A stretch of DNA of 64,000 bases from Felis catus (GCF_018350175.1 NC_058376.1:58404001-58468000), one strand, 5' to 3'; shown: positions 1-13,425, counted from the first letter of the stretch. Notes: generated by a model not told the origin, from the letters alone. Numbers and translations: made by a program.

Positions 1-105
1 CAGAGAAGCCAGCAGAACCATGAAGCTCAGTTCTGGCGAAGGCCTGGTTGTGGACTGGTTTCCCTTCTTTCCACTCTCCCCCCCCCCAACTTTCCCCCTC
101 CGAAG

Positions 106-135
106 CAAAGCCCAAAGGAAGGGATTGCTGAGCAG
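106..135 (+). CDS. PHLDB2: Candidate 30-nt microexon (QSPKEGIAEQ)
   Basis: C/T tract at about 59-100, ccgaag acceptor, CAG|gtgcgg donor; open in phase 0, the phase expected for this intron. Confidence 0.3.
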
Positions 136-1889
136 GTGCGGACATATGCATTTCTTTATGTAGGTTTCCTTCTGGTTTTGCCTATTTCTGACTACATTAA
201 GAACCCAAAACTAAAAATAGTTTTCCAATTTCCTCTACTTTATTATAGAGGAATTGCAATTTCCTCTAAGATTATTCTCTTTGTCTCCTTTGGCATACAA
301 AACTCCGTAGTTGTACTGAGGTTCAGTAAAATGGTCGAGGAGGGGCTGTGCGTCCGTAGGCTTGTTGAAGAATCTTTCCATTACCCAGATGCTCATCATA
401 AAGCTCAACCATTCTTTATTTTAGGATCTGTCCCCACACAGATAGATTATGGCATTTTGTTGCTTTCCTGGCCTGTACGTTTTCATAACAAAACAGGCTT
501 AAAAGTGTGAGTTGAAGCTTAAATCACTCTATGCCATACGCCATGTTCCACAATGAAATCTCAAGTTATTTGACTCATTTTTCTACAATAAGCGTATATC
601 ATTGTATCTGAAATGGTTAAATTTTATACCCCATTATTATCTTGCCAAAGTACCTGTTACTTCCTCTCCATCCTTCCTTCAGAGCCAGGGGAAGACAGAG
701 AGCCTGGCCCTGAATTCCTCAGCAAAGTGTTAATGCCTCTTGAGTACAGAGTGTTTGCCAAGTCACAGTCATGTTCAGAAGGGACCCAGCCCTTCCCGTG
801 CCTCTTTCTTACATTTCAAAGTCAGCTCCTTGGCTAGAGGAAGTGGAAGTATATCGTGGGATTTGGGGATTAAATCAACAGGGTTCCAGATTAGGGTTAT
901 TTTTTCTGGCAGTTGTTTGATTATATAAATCCCTAGTGTTCTAATTCTCCAGTTTTTTTGATACTAAACATCCATCAATTGTGTAATTAAAATGTCAAAA
1001 CCAGAGGGGGGAAAAAATCTTAAGAAAGGAATATAAGGATGTGTCTCTTTAGAAGCAGGCAGACAATGAGTTCTCAGCTCCCAACGTTTGTTGACGTAGG
1101 TCCATAATCTTTTCTCTGCAATTCTAAAATCTGAAAAGTTTTGTGGAGGGGGAAAAAAAGTCATTTTGTAAGATCGGCACCAAAAGGTAGTTGGTTGCAA
1201 AACCTGACTTTGACTGATATTCACACTTGTGTGAATATTTGTAAGTAGCTGCAGAAATTGAACCATGTTTGATTGCAGGTACTGTCCCTGGATCTTACTG
1301 GAAATGCCTTTTAATGCCTGTTCCCAGATCTTATTGGAAATGACTTTATATGAACTGTGTTACCTCTGTAAAATTCAGAATATTCATAAATCTGGAACAC
1401 ATCTGGCCTTAAGAATTTCAGATAAGTGATTTTAGACCTAAAACAATTGCCTAATCTATGAACCTATGAGAATGCCTACCTACTAAGCCACAGGGTTTAA
1501 GAACTAGAAGGAAAGGTGTTCTCAGGGTATATGGAAAGGACTTTGGATTGACTGCCCTTAGAAATGATGGCTTGGGTACTATGAATTTTAACACATCACT
1601 GTAACAACTCCAAATCTGACCCAGTGTTTCATGAAACACACTCAAATACTTTAGTATGTGCTGAGTTCTGTGCTAAACAGTTTGGAAATTACAAAGGTGG
1701 GCCTTAAGTCTTAATAAAATCTTTATTAAGCTGATAAGTTGNNNNNNNNNNNNNNNNNNNNNNNNNNNNNNNNNNNNNNNNNNNNNNNNNNNNNNNNNNN
1801 NNNNNNNNNNNNNNNNNNNNNNNNNNNNNNNNNNNNNNNNNNNNNNNNNNNNNNNNNNNNNNNNNNNNNNNNNNNNNNNNNNNTTATAG

Positions 1890-1946
1890 ATATTTATATA
1901 TAAATATAAATATAAATATAAATATAAATATAAATATAAATATAAA
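1890..1946. repeat. (TAAATA)n microsatellite next to N-gap 1742-1883
   Basis: Directly visible. Confidence 0.9.
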
Positions 1947-1949
1947 CGT

Positions 1950-2112
1950 ATAGAATGCTAGGTACATTTGAATTTCAGATAAACAGAAAATAATTTTTTG
2001 GTGTAATTATGCCCTAGGCAATATTTGAGACATACTTACATTAAAAGATCATTTGTTTTTTATCTGAAATTCAGACTTAACTAAGTGTCCTCTATTTTAT
2101 CTGGCAGCCCTA
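1950..2112. mobile_element. MER53-like palindromic hAT MITE (left end lost to microsatellite/gap)
   Basis: Inverted arms tttgaatttcagataaac... / ...tttatctgaaattcaga; ends atctggcagcccta. Confidence 0.7.
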
Positions 2113-2711
2113 CAAGCTAATAAAGTAAGCATCTTTTTAGAGTAATCTTGAACCATCTGCTTACCAAGTATTACTTACATGTGGTAAAATTATTTTTTCT
2201 TTGGTATCCAAGAATTTTCTGTGTAATATTGAGATTCAAATAGAGCTAGCAAGTTAAATTTCGGTTCCTTCAAGAATACAACTTAAAAGAGAGAAAACTT
2301 GTTTTACTGTCTTCTAACCACATGTCCAGCAAAATAAGTGGTCCTATGATGAGCTTTGGATTATTCGGTTCATTAAGAATTATTGGTAATTCATGTGTAC
2401 AAGTTCCAACTATCTAGGGTGAACCCATACACATTCCTGATCGTTTGTATGACTAGAAGAGGGCTACTTTGCCTCTGAACTTGAAATGCATCATCCCTCT
2501 CTGAATGCACCGTGGTTATTGGAATCTCACAGTTCTTTTGGTTTACTTGAGACATTTAATCTGAATGTAAAAAATCACACAATTGCGGTGTTACTTTTAA
2601 GAGGGGCCTTTTACACTATAAAGTAAAGGTGCTAAAATCAAATGTTTTAAGAACAGTCATTGGTGCCTTGTGTATTAATGTCCCATGTCTTCATCAGAAA
2701 AATCAAATTGT

Positions 2712-2890
2712 GGGGCCACCTGGGTGGCTCAGTCGGTTAAGCATCTAACTTTGCCTCAAGTCATGATCTCATGGTTCCTGCGTTCAAGCCCCACATTGGG
2801 CTCTCTACTGTCAGCACATAGCCTGCTTTGGATCCTCTGTCCTCCTCTCTCTGTCCCCCCTCTCAAAAATAAATAAACATTTAAAAAAAG
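2712..2890 (+). mobile_element. Can-SINE (felid type)
   Basis: gggg..cctgggtggctcagtcggttaagc head, CT tract, A tail. Confidence 0.9.
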
Positions 2891-2954
2891 AAGAAGAAAG
2901 AAAAAGCAGATTGTCAATTGCCTGTGCCTCTCACATCGTCTTAGTTGGCTCCTT

Positions 2955-3350
2955 CAGTGGTTTCCAGCCTGGCTGTGTATCAGAAAACATGGAGGGATTT
3001 TTAAAATGCTCATTCCCAGGTTGCCTGGGTGGCTAGGTCGGTTAAGCCCCGTACTCTTGACCTTGGCTCAGAGCGTGATCTCATGGTTCGTGAGTTTGAG
3101 CCCTGCATCAGGCTCTGCTCTGACAGTGTGGAGCCTACTTGGGATTCTCCCTCTCTCTGCCCCTCACCCACTTACGCACCCTCTCTAAATACATGCATAC
3201 GTGCGTACATAAATGAAATAAACTTTAAAAAAAAAAAAGCCCATTCCCTAGCCTTCTGCTCCTGGATGTCTGACTGAGTGGAGACCTGGAAAATAGTATA
3301 TTGAAAAATTCACCCAGGTTTTTCTAATGTAAAGTTGGGGCTAAGAACCA
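2955..3350. mobile_element. MER5-like hAT-Charlie remnant interrupted by a Can-SINE (about 3018-3238, +)
   Basis: cagtggtttccagcctggctg... and ...ctaagaacca ends; gctcattccc/gcccattccc duplication around the SINE. Confidence 0.5.
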
Positions 3351-4555
3351 TAAAGCCAACTGGGCTCTATTTTGTGAGGACAGTGATCAGGCTCCCTCTT
3401 TTCTCTACTTACAGTCCCCTTAAATATTTACTGAGTGAGTGAATAAACAATTCACCATGGAAACAAATATAAGTCTGATTTTATATACTGACTTCTGCTT
3501 TAATTTGCTGTGAATAATTTACCTTTTAGGCACACCCATCTTAAATATTAAAAAAAGAAAAGGCAGAATCTGGCAATGAATTTGTGACCCAGTTGGATTT
3601 TGCCGGTACAGGAAAACAAGTCAACTCAAGAGCAGTGCTAACATAAGCAGCCATGTCTCCAGTGAGGTCACATTCTGGTTTTGGTCGTGTAAATGCGCCC
3701 TCGTACATCGGGTTTTCCTGGAGTGTTCCAGTTCCCTGTAATCTTATTTTTTCAACAAAGTTAAATCTGTTAAGTTTACTTAAGATTTATTAAATGGGCT
3801 CATTATTTAATAAATTTATTAAAAGTTTAAATTTTATTTAATTTAAAATTTGTTGCAATTCACTTAAATACATTTATTTCCTGAAAATAAATTTGTGACT
3901 CCAAAAAAAATGTTATGCTTTCTGCCAATGTGGTGTTTGCTGTGCCTATAGTAATTAGAATAGGTGAGTTTGCCAGTTTAAATCTGGGGAAAGGAAATAA
4001 CACCAGTTTTCATACCTTACATGTCAAAAGCAAGAATCTCTGAACCCTGGAATGCCATCAATTTGCCCATATATTTGTCTTCGCTGTAAAAGGTGAGATT
4101 TTCAGTTCTGATTAACTGGTTGCCTAGAGCCAATTTTCCCTTGGAAACTTCCTAGACAATAAATAGAAGATAGGAATATTAATTTCTTTCTGGCTGGCAC
4201 GGGAGTGATATCACCTCTGTGGTCCTCTCTGATTTATGGCCAGGCCCCAACTGCCACTGGACTTTTCATCCTTCCTTTGCCCTAGCTTTGGCCCCACTAA
4301 GCTTTCGCTCTGAGACCCAAGTAGTGGTCACAGCATTATTGGTAGACCAGAGGAGCTGCGGAAGGTTCTGATGGTGCCCGCTTGCATAATTCTTCTAATT
4401 GCCCCTTTGTATGGAATTGCGAACCATTTTCAGCACCTCAGAAGGAAGGCACTATGCACACAGAAGATACTTTTTATTAGTTATCTGTGCTTATTAGTAG
4501 TAATAAAAAATTGAAAAAAATGATTTTAAAATTGAGAGCATGAGAAGAATACTTT

Positions 4556-4992
4556 GGGGGAGCCTGGGTGGCTCAGTCGGTTAAGCATCTGACTTCGGCT
4601 CAGGTCATGATTTCACGGTTTGTGAGTTCAAGCTCCGCATTGGGGCTCTGTGCTGACAGCCTAGAGCCTGGAGCCTGCTTCAGATTCTGTGTCTCCCCCT
4701 CTCTCTCCCCCTCCCCACTCACACTCTGCTTCTCACTCAAAAATAAATAAACATTAAAAAAAATTTAGGGGCGCCTGGGTGGCTGTCGGTTGAGTGTCCG
4801 ACTTCGGCTCAGGTCATGATCTCACAGTTCGTGAGTTCGAGCCCCGCGTCAGGCTCTGTGCTGATAGCTCAGAGCCTGGAGCCTGATTCTGATTCTGTCT
4901 CCCTCTCTCTCTGCCCGTAACCCACTCGCATTCTGTCTCTGTCTCTGTCCCTGTCAAAAATAAATATACATCAAAAAAAAATTTTTTTTTAA
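4556..4992 (+). mobile_element. Head-to-tail Can-SINE pair (4556-4765, 4768-4992)
   Basis: Two SINE heads; a single TSD AGAAGAATACTTTGG at 4543-4557 and 4993-5007. Confidence 0.92.
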
Positions 4993-5269
4993 AGAAGAAT
5001 ACTTTGGTTATTTCTTTGGATTTGAGACCTATGTTTCAGGCCAGTGCCTTTCTATGTAATCAAATATTGTATCAATGTTTTCTAGCAAATGTAACTTTAA
5101 ATTTACACTTTTGCACATATTGGATTGGATAGTTTTCTTTTTTCTTTTTTCTTTTTTTCTTTTTTTTTTTTTTTTTTTTTTTTTTAGCTTTCTTCTTGGA
5201 TCTAGAATTGCTGCAAAATCCAATGATACAGTATCTAGAAATAGAACTCTTTTTGGATAAAATTCTTTT

Positions 5270-5478
5270 TTTTTTAATGTTTATGTATTTTTGAGAGAGA
5301 CAGAGACAGACTGAGCGGGTTAGGGGCAGAGAGAGAGAGAGACACAGAATCCGAAGCAGGCTCCAGGCTGCGAGCCGTCAGCACAGAGCCCGATGCCGGG
5401 CTCGAACTCAGGAGCTGTGAGATCATGACCCGAGCTGAAGTCAGAGGCTCAATCGACTGAGCCACTCAGGTGCCCCAC
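5270..5478 (-). mobile_element. Can-SINE
   Basis: TSD TGGATAAAATTCTTTT at 5254-5269 and 5479-5494. Confidence 0.92.
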
Positions 5479-5907
5479 TGGATAAAATTCTTTTGCTGTG
5501 TAAATAGGGCAATCTTTGATCCATACACAGAAGAAATAATACATTTTCTTATCCAAAAGTCAACAGGTGTTTTGTATTGCTGGTTGTATTAAAGGGAAAA
5601 AAATGATTCATTCTGAAACTAAGGAAAGAATCTAAGTGGCCCTAGTGTTTTGAACTTTACTGTGAATGAACACATGATAATCCTTCATTCTGTGAACCAT
5701 GCCATTCTCTCTCCAACTTCTGTACTGTCCATGTGCACGGTGGACACAGTTGCCATTAAAGACTGAAGAACTTTCTGGATAGTCTCTGGAAGTTGCAGAA
5801 GCATTTTTAGATTGATATAGGAAATAGGATTCTCAGTTTTATGACTTCTGGATTTAATCATTTTGAGAGAAAAAAGAATGTACTTCTAAATCTAAATATA
5901 CATTTCT

Positions 5908-6124
5908 TTTTTGTTTATTTATTTCATTTTATTTTTTTATTTTGAGAGAGAGATAGAAAGCAGGCAAGGGAAGGGCAGAGAGAGGGAGACAGAATCCCCA
6001 GCAGGCTCCACACTGTCCGCACAGAGCCCGATGAAGGGCTCGAACTCGCAAACCGTGAGATCGTGTCCTGAGCCAAAGTCAAGAGTCAGACGCTTAACCT
6101 AAGCCCGAGCCACCCAGGCACCCC
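5908..6124 (-). mobile_element. Can-SINE
   Basis: TSD AATATACATTTCT at 5895-5907 and 6127-6139. Confidence 0.9.
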
Positions 6125-7509
6125 TCAATATACATTTCTAAAATGCCCTTGACATTTTCAAGTTTTCTGCCAAAAATGGAGACCTAAGGGAACTGGTATG
6201 GGTTTTTGTGTCGTACAGTTTTAGATTTAAACCATAACCTCTTTTGTAAAGAATGTAAATATATGTTTACCCAGGAAATCATGGCCATTTGGATGAAGAC
6301 ATTATAGTAAGTATAATTTTATAGGACTACTGCAGGAGCTTCATCTTTTAAACAAATCCTTCTCTGATAATGCTTAGAAGGCAATATCACCGCCACCAGT
6401 GCACATAGAATGAACTAAGGAGAGTCAGGTGGTGGTCACTGTGTGTACTGAGGGTCAAGCCACAGTAGTGCTTCATGAAGTAGGCTGTGTAGGCTGAGAG
6501 AGTTACACCAGGTAAAATTTAGCCTTCAAGGCTTCAGAGCCTCATGAAGAGAACAGGAGTTGGGAAGACAAGCACTACACAGGTTGAAGTATTGTTTCTC
6601 GACTCAATAGGTGACAGGTCAAGCTGGGCAGTCACTGAATTACAGGATTTGTCTGGTAGACCTGCATCCAGAGTCACTTTGGAGTGTGTGACTGGGAAGG
6701 ACCGAGTGTTGTCTCCTCCTTTCTCTTCTGTTTTCTGATTCCCGGTGTTCTCCTTTCCTTTTCCCCATAATCCATGTTTCAAGTATTTCTTATGTCAGTC
6801 AGTGTAGAGAAGTCTTCATCTCCACAGTAAACGTCACACGTTGTTGGTGTATCTGAACTGCACAATACGCCTTCCCTTGCTGTTTTGTCAGGCTTGACTT
6901 CTCCCTTGCTCTCTCAGCCTTTGAATTCAGTGCTCCTCTTAGAATCAGATTTCTAATTGCTAAAGCTTTGAAGTTTGCTAAACAGCTAGACCTATTTCAG
7001 ATGACCGGGGAGACAGCTAGTGCATCTGGCAGACTTCCGACCTGAGAACAAAGTTACAATAATTTCCAAAGCTTGCCTAACAAATGCCTTGAGTAAATTG
7101 GAGCACGACAGTACTTGAGGTAAATGCCTGGTTTCCTTTGTCTGGTTCGCTGCCAAGGGACTCTTGCAAGGCTGTCTTATAAATTTAGTTGGCATTTCTT
7201 TTGTTCTTGGTTGACCGTTGACCAACATCGCCGTTGCTTCCTTCGCTCTGTAACATGGTGGAAGGAAGGAGGAATGGAAGGAAAGGCGGGGGTCATTGCC
7301 TACACTCAGTAAAGTGGGCCATGTTTTGAGAATGCAGGAATGGGACCCCCTTGTCTTTCCTTCCACTTATACCCCCTTATCTTAGTCACTAGCAAGGTAC
7401 GTTTCAATATTCATAGGGTATCTCATTTGTGCGTATGTGTGTTTATGTTACCCTCGGGAAATATTCAGTAACGCCTGCCTCGGGTATGAAGGTAATTTCT
7501 GTTCTTCTA

Positions 7510-7723
7510 NNNNNNNNNNNNNNNNNNNNNNNNNNNNNNNNNNNNNNNNNNNNNNNNNNNNNNNNNNNNNNNNNNNNNNNNNNNNNNNNNNNNNNNNNNN
7601 NNNNNNNNNNNNNNNNNNNNNNNNNNNNNNNNNNNNNNNNNNNNNNNNNNNNNNNNNNNNNNNNNNNNNNNNNNNNNNNNNNNNNNNNNNNNNNNNNNNN
7701 NNNNNNNNNNNNNNNNNNNNNNN
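7510..7723 (+). other. PHLDB2: N-gap (214 nt) probably hiding PHLDB2 exon ~6 (EKVKLDAE...QQQLKR, about 129 nt)
   Basis: Left flank ends ttctgttcttcta immediately before the Ns, an acceptor-like tract missing only the final G. The expected exon was not found elsewhere in 1-13425. This is inference. Confidence 0.55.
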
Positions 7724-9828
7724 AGTTCCACTTACCTATGACTTCTACTTCACGTAGCGTAAATTTGCATAAGTTCTAGTCATTAGATACTTTTTAAATA
7801 GAAATATGCATGCTGACGATATATATATATTATTTCATGCTAATCAGTTAAACAACTCCTTGTCAGAATCCTTCACTAATTTATAATGCAGAAACAGTCC
7901 TGGAGTCATTCTCCAGAACAAAAGAGAGCTATTCCTGACATATAACTGACACCACGATTGTAGCATTTCAATCAACTGACATCTTTCCCTGCACTCTCTG
8001 CTATATCATGAGTACTGTTTGCCCTTGGATGATTTTATACTTTGGTCCAAAAATTATCCTGTTTTCTGACTTGCTTCCCATCATCACTCGTTGTTGTTGT
8101 TGTTTTTTTCTTTCTGCTTCTTAGTGACATTGAATTCATTAGCACAACCACAGCAAACACCAAAGCCCAACCTGCAGGTCAATGCCCTCAACGTCTTCTC
8201 AGGCGAGCTTCGTAATTTTTTAAAGCTCAGTGCCGCACGGGCTTTGTAGTTGGACTTTATTCTCCGATCGTTAAAGTTGGCAGTGCTCACCGCGACCACG
8301 CTGGTTATCCGCTGAAATGAGGCTCCTGGGGTAGATAGTTTCACCAACACCAGCAAGACCACTTGATATTTCAGAGTCTCTCATCAACTGAGTTATTTGC
8401 TATAAACAGCGACCCAAATAAACTCTGACCTTGGCGGAGCAGTCATGAACAGTCTGAGGTCTCGAAAGGAGTCACGTAATAGTAGTTTGTGTGAAGTGAC
8501 TAACAATTTATGATTCCATGTGATTAGAAAAGAAGGCACGTTTCATTCTTGGGAGTAGGCAAGTTGAAACATCCGCTAAGAGAGCCACCCTTGAAAATGT
8601 TTAAGATTGCTTTTAATACAAAAATATTTGATACCTTAGAGTATCACCAGGTTATGAAAAATCACATCTGAAACTTCAATGTATCACAGAGATTGAAAGC
8701 ATCTTAATAAATAGTACCAAAGGCAGACAGGTTTACCTGAAGCATAATGATTTTAATATTTTAACAAATAGTAAATTTCTTACTAATATTGGATGAAAAA
8801 AGTCCCAGCAGTGTTTCTTCCTCGTTACTCATGTTATTGTATACAGCTGAATTTGCTGGAAGAAGATAAAACTTCCTGTCCCTCAGTGTCATAATTCTCT
8901 GGAAATCTTGTGATAAAAACGATTGGGGAAAATAATTGTATTTGTAAAATCATTTTCATTTGCAATTTGTTTGCGTTTATGCCAGTTCACCAAAGAGACT
9001 GAGAGACGGACTTTTATATTTGTTTCCTGTTTTTCAACTCTCCTTATTACTGAAGATTTTACACAGTGGCCGTAAGACTTTATTTAGAGTCGGCAGCAAC
9101 TTCTATATTTTGTTCTTCTCTGCCTCTGGTTACCTAGTTATTGCTTTGCCTTCTTTATCAACATGGCTGCACATAACAGTTGGAGGATTTTATTAAGAAC
9201 CTGGACTCAGACTGATACAAATAACGATGGCTTCATCTAGCCTCTACAGGATAACTTATAAACTTATGTCTGTTCTAAGGATGTTGACTACAAAGGAGGA
9301 CAGGATGTTCCACTCTTTCAAGGCAGAGACCCGTTCTTCTTCCTCTCCAAGCGGAGTGTAAAATTCGTATTGCAAACCCCTGTCCTTGGGAGAGATAACT
9401 GGCTTGTAGTAGTAGCAGGTTCTGTTCACCTGTATTAAGAAGTCTGCGGATTCTATTTTACAGGGATGACGACCAGAGTAACTTTTCACCAATCCCATGA
9501 CCTAATCAGTAAAAAGTTCACTTAGTTCATGAGAAGTCCGTTCATGCTAAGAACTTCCTGTGTTACCACAGCTCATTTCCCTTCAGACTTCAAACACATC
9601 AGCACACCACCTCATTACAAAGCTTTCCTGAGGCATTTAAACTAGATCCAATAAAGGTGGTTTTATTACAACGAATTTCATTAGGTGGCGAGTCATACAA
9701 AATAAAAAAATAAAAAAGAAGAACATCATTTTCTTAAACCGTGTGTTGTCCCAAATACTTAGGCTGAAATTCTGGAATGATTTTTTGCATACAAAACTAT
9801 GGATTTATGACTGGACTTCTCCGTCTTC

Positions 9829-10063
9829 TTTTTTTTTTTTTTTAATGTTTATTCATTTTTGAGAGTGTGAAGAGAGAGAGAGAGAGACAGAGCATGAGTT
9901 GGGGAGGGAGAGAGAGAGAGGGAAGGAGACACAGAATATGAAGCAGGCTCCAGGCTCTGAGTTGTCAGCACAGAGTCCGATGTGGGGCTTGAACCCATGA
10001 AGCGTGAGATCATGACCTGAGCCGAATTGAAACACTTAACCCACTGAGCCACCCAGGCACCCC
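9829..10063 (-). mobile_element. Can-SINE
   Basis: Reverse SINE consensus with a poly-T start. Confidence 0.9.
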
Positions 10064-10325
10064 AGACTTCTTATATCTAATTCCCTGCCTTAGAATCAGA
10101 ATGCGGTTTCCGTCTGAGTAGCTGTATACATACAACTAGACATGGGCTCACCAGTTGAATTGTTCCCTGGGATGCAAGCATTTTTGGAAAAGAAAGCAGA
10201 AGTTAAAGGTGTCTTTTGTTTGCCAGGATAAGTTCTACTATTAAACGAAGGAGACACCTGACTAGGACAGTTTTCAGATGCTTTTGATGATTTACTCAAC
10301 TGAATGGTTGATTTCAGTCTTTTGA

Positions 10326-10369
<44 letters not shown>

Positions 10370-12956
10370 TCAGTGAAATCTATAATTAGGAGACCATTTT
10401 TCTCACTGGCTCTACAATCAGTTTCTCCTTTAACCTTAGACAAGTCATTCAACCTCTATGGGCCTCAGTGTCCTCATATTATGAAATGAGGAGGTTGCTT
10501 TAATGATTTCCATTGTCTTCCAAATTCCAAAGATGTGCATTTGTTAAAGTGTTTGACTATTGGGCATAAGATGGAGAAATGTTAACAAATCCTGAGCCCC
10601 ACTTAAATTTGTTTTCAAAATTGGCCTTGAGCTGTCATGAGATTGTTACTGTACCACATACCATATCTATTCTCTTCTTCTGTCCCTCTGCTAAGCAAAG
10701 AAAACATTAAGGTCTACACATAAACTTCTGCCATATAAATTCTCAAAACAATTATTAGCAAGAAGGAATGGCATTGAATTTTCTTGAGTGCAGCTGTTTT
10801 ATTTCCTTTCACTTCTGGCCTTTGAGGTTGCCAGCCAGTAGAGATTTGTAATGTTCCTTTTAGAGAGTGAAGTTGAGTTACAATGTTCATTCAAGTAGTC
10901 ATGGCCTTGACTTTGAGCTTCCTGTATATATTACTCTGTGCTCAATTAAGCTACTCCTGCCCCCAAATTCCATCCCCTGAATTCTTATTCTTATCCAAAA
11001 TCTTTGCAAGCTTTTTTCCCCCACCAAGTTGTGTTTCTCTTACAGTGTAAGTTTACATACACACATTCTAATTGTTTAGATAACTTGATCAGATGATTAT
11101 ACCAGCAGATTCTGAGTGCTCAGCCTAGCTTTAATTTTCAACCTTCCTACCCAGTGTGCTGTTATTGTCATGCAACAGTTTAAATATTTACTACAAATTA
11201 GTGGCTCTGTGACCTTCATGGGGTTAAGATAACAAATGCTGCATTTTAACCAGATGTGGAATAAGTGACTGACTGGCATAGTGTGTATATTGTGAGACAG
11301 ATGCCCACTTCAAGTAAAGATTATTTATATACTAAAAAAAAAGTTTATGGAATTATTTATCTCAATAATCTTTAGCCACAAACCAAACTTAATGGAAAGA
11401 CCTTAAAAACTTGGGCATGTATGACCACATGGGTAAATATATTCACTGATGTATTGCTTCAAGACTACAGGTATTTTGTTTCAAGACGTGATACTTGAGT
11501 TCTCTCTTAATTACTTCTATAGTGACTAGATTTGGTCCAAATTCATTAATTCCTTTAGAAGTTATAAGCATAACATGTGTGATAAACTTGAAATGTCAAC
11601 CAATAACTTCAAACCAAGACTACTTTCTGTTTGGCCAATTAAAATATAAAAAAGTGCTAAGAAACACTGAATATATTTTTCAAACTGTTTTTCCTGCTCT
11701 TACGTTTTCAGAATCCACTATGTTGACATAATAATCTTGTTGCTATAGTGTTGCTTGTAATTGCATGGTAGCTAATAGTCCTTCTATGAATCATCTCCAG
11801 AATAAAATTCATTCCAGAAGGCAGAAACATATTATTCCATTTGATTAAAAGGCTCAATTTATCACTTACATAAAAAAAGGGGGTGGTATGTTTAAAAACT
11901 GATATAAATCTCATTTATCATATTTATTTATCCAACTCTTTGTGATGTTTTGGTTGAAAAAAAAAATGCCCTGGCTGTTTTACCTTTGTAGAGTTGTAAA
12001 CCATATAGCCTAGCTGCTGTTTCTTTTGGCCATATGTTACTTACAAATTATATGTTTTTAAAAAATATGCTATACATACCGCATTTATGGTTTTGTCAAA
12101 GGCTCCAAAATTAAGTTTTTTTCATGTAAATTGAAGAATAATTTATACAACATGAGCCAGACTCTGCACAGATACAGAGTCACGTCTGTCTTCAGACATT
12201 TCATAGGTTAGGAAATACCTGTCCTAGACCATCTGATTTTTGTGATTTCTGATCTTTCTTAAATGTCTTCAAATTGTTCCCAAATAGTAGTGCTTAACCA
12301 TTTGAGTGACTCTTTGTGCCTAATGAATGCTGTGGTTCCACTCTTTCCAGTAAAAATCTTTGTAAGCAATTTTATGGGATTCGCAGAAGCCCAGTGTAAA
12401 AATACCAACCTCAAACTGTTTTCAATGACTTCTCTTTTAAATAAAATTATTTGAGCATACATGCCTATATATATGAAGATAGGTCATATAATATTATAAA
12501 TATGTATACTGCATACATGCTCAAAAATATATATTTATTCAAAATAGTGTACATAGACTCTACCTAAATATGCATTAGAGAACATTTATTGAGAAATTGT
12601 AAAAGACAAGAAAAACTAAAAATAAATATGAAGAAGGTCTAATATTTTCTTCTTATACCCCAGGGGATTGTGTCGTGTGCCACTTGGGGCACACATACCC
12701 CTCTTAGAGACCTCTAATCTGTATGTGTGCCAGAGTTTGAATCTTTTTTTATAGTCAATAACTTTGGGATCTTGAATTTGATCTCTATGCCAAATTCTCA
12801 TTTCATTTGAAAATTTGTGGAAAATAGGAGTTTTCTCAAGAGATCATGTCACACCTTGGTCAGCAGATAATGTTTAGTAATTTGCTGAGTCTTTTTATAC
12901 TTTAGGATCTATTTTAAAACCACTTAGTTGATTTAAAGCAAGAATTCCAACATCCA

Positions 12957-13069
12957 GGGGCCCCTGGGTGGCTCAGTCAGTTAAGCATTCGACTCTTGAC
13001 CTCAGCTAAGGTCATGATCTCACGGTTCATGAGCGCTAGCCAGTGTTGGGCTCTGTGCTGACAGCGCAG

Positions 13070-13107
<38 letters not shown>

Positions 13108-13163
13108 CTTCATCTGCTCATGCTCTCTCTCTTTCAAAATAAATAAATAAACTTAAAAAAAAG
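12957..13163 (+). mobile_element. Can-SINE with expanded (CT)n
   Basis: TSD GAATTCCAACATCCA at 12942-12956 and 13164-13178. Confidence 0.9.
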
Positions 13164-13425
13164 GAATTCCAACATCCACACAACAGTCTAAAACTGAGTC
13201 AAATAAATGCTCCTCTCCCACCCACCCCCAGTTCCTTTCAATACCACACTAATGGCCTTGGCTCTGGGATCTAACTCCAAAAGAGAGGATTATCATGTTC
13301 CCACCCTGGTCAGTATAGTAATTGAAAAGATATTTTGGACTGTTTGCTTTTAATAATTTTTTCTTCACGTTAAGAAGGCTGCAGCCATCCTGGTATGTCT
13401 TGTTTTCCTTTTGTTTTCTCCCCAG

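Noticed and set aside
136-510. 124-aa ORF at the window start
   Set aside because: GTG start coinciding with a splice-donor-like site, AT-rich intronic composition, no homology recognised.
1742-1883. 142-nt gap as a hidden PHLDB2 exon
   Set aside because: Flanks are not splice-site-like, and the adjacent (TAAATA)n repeat and MER53 end explain the gap.
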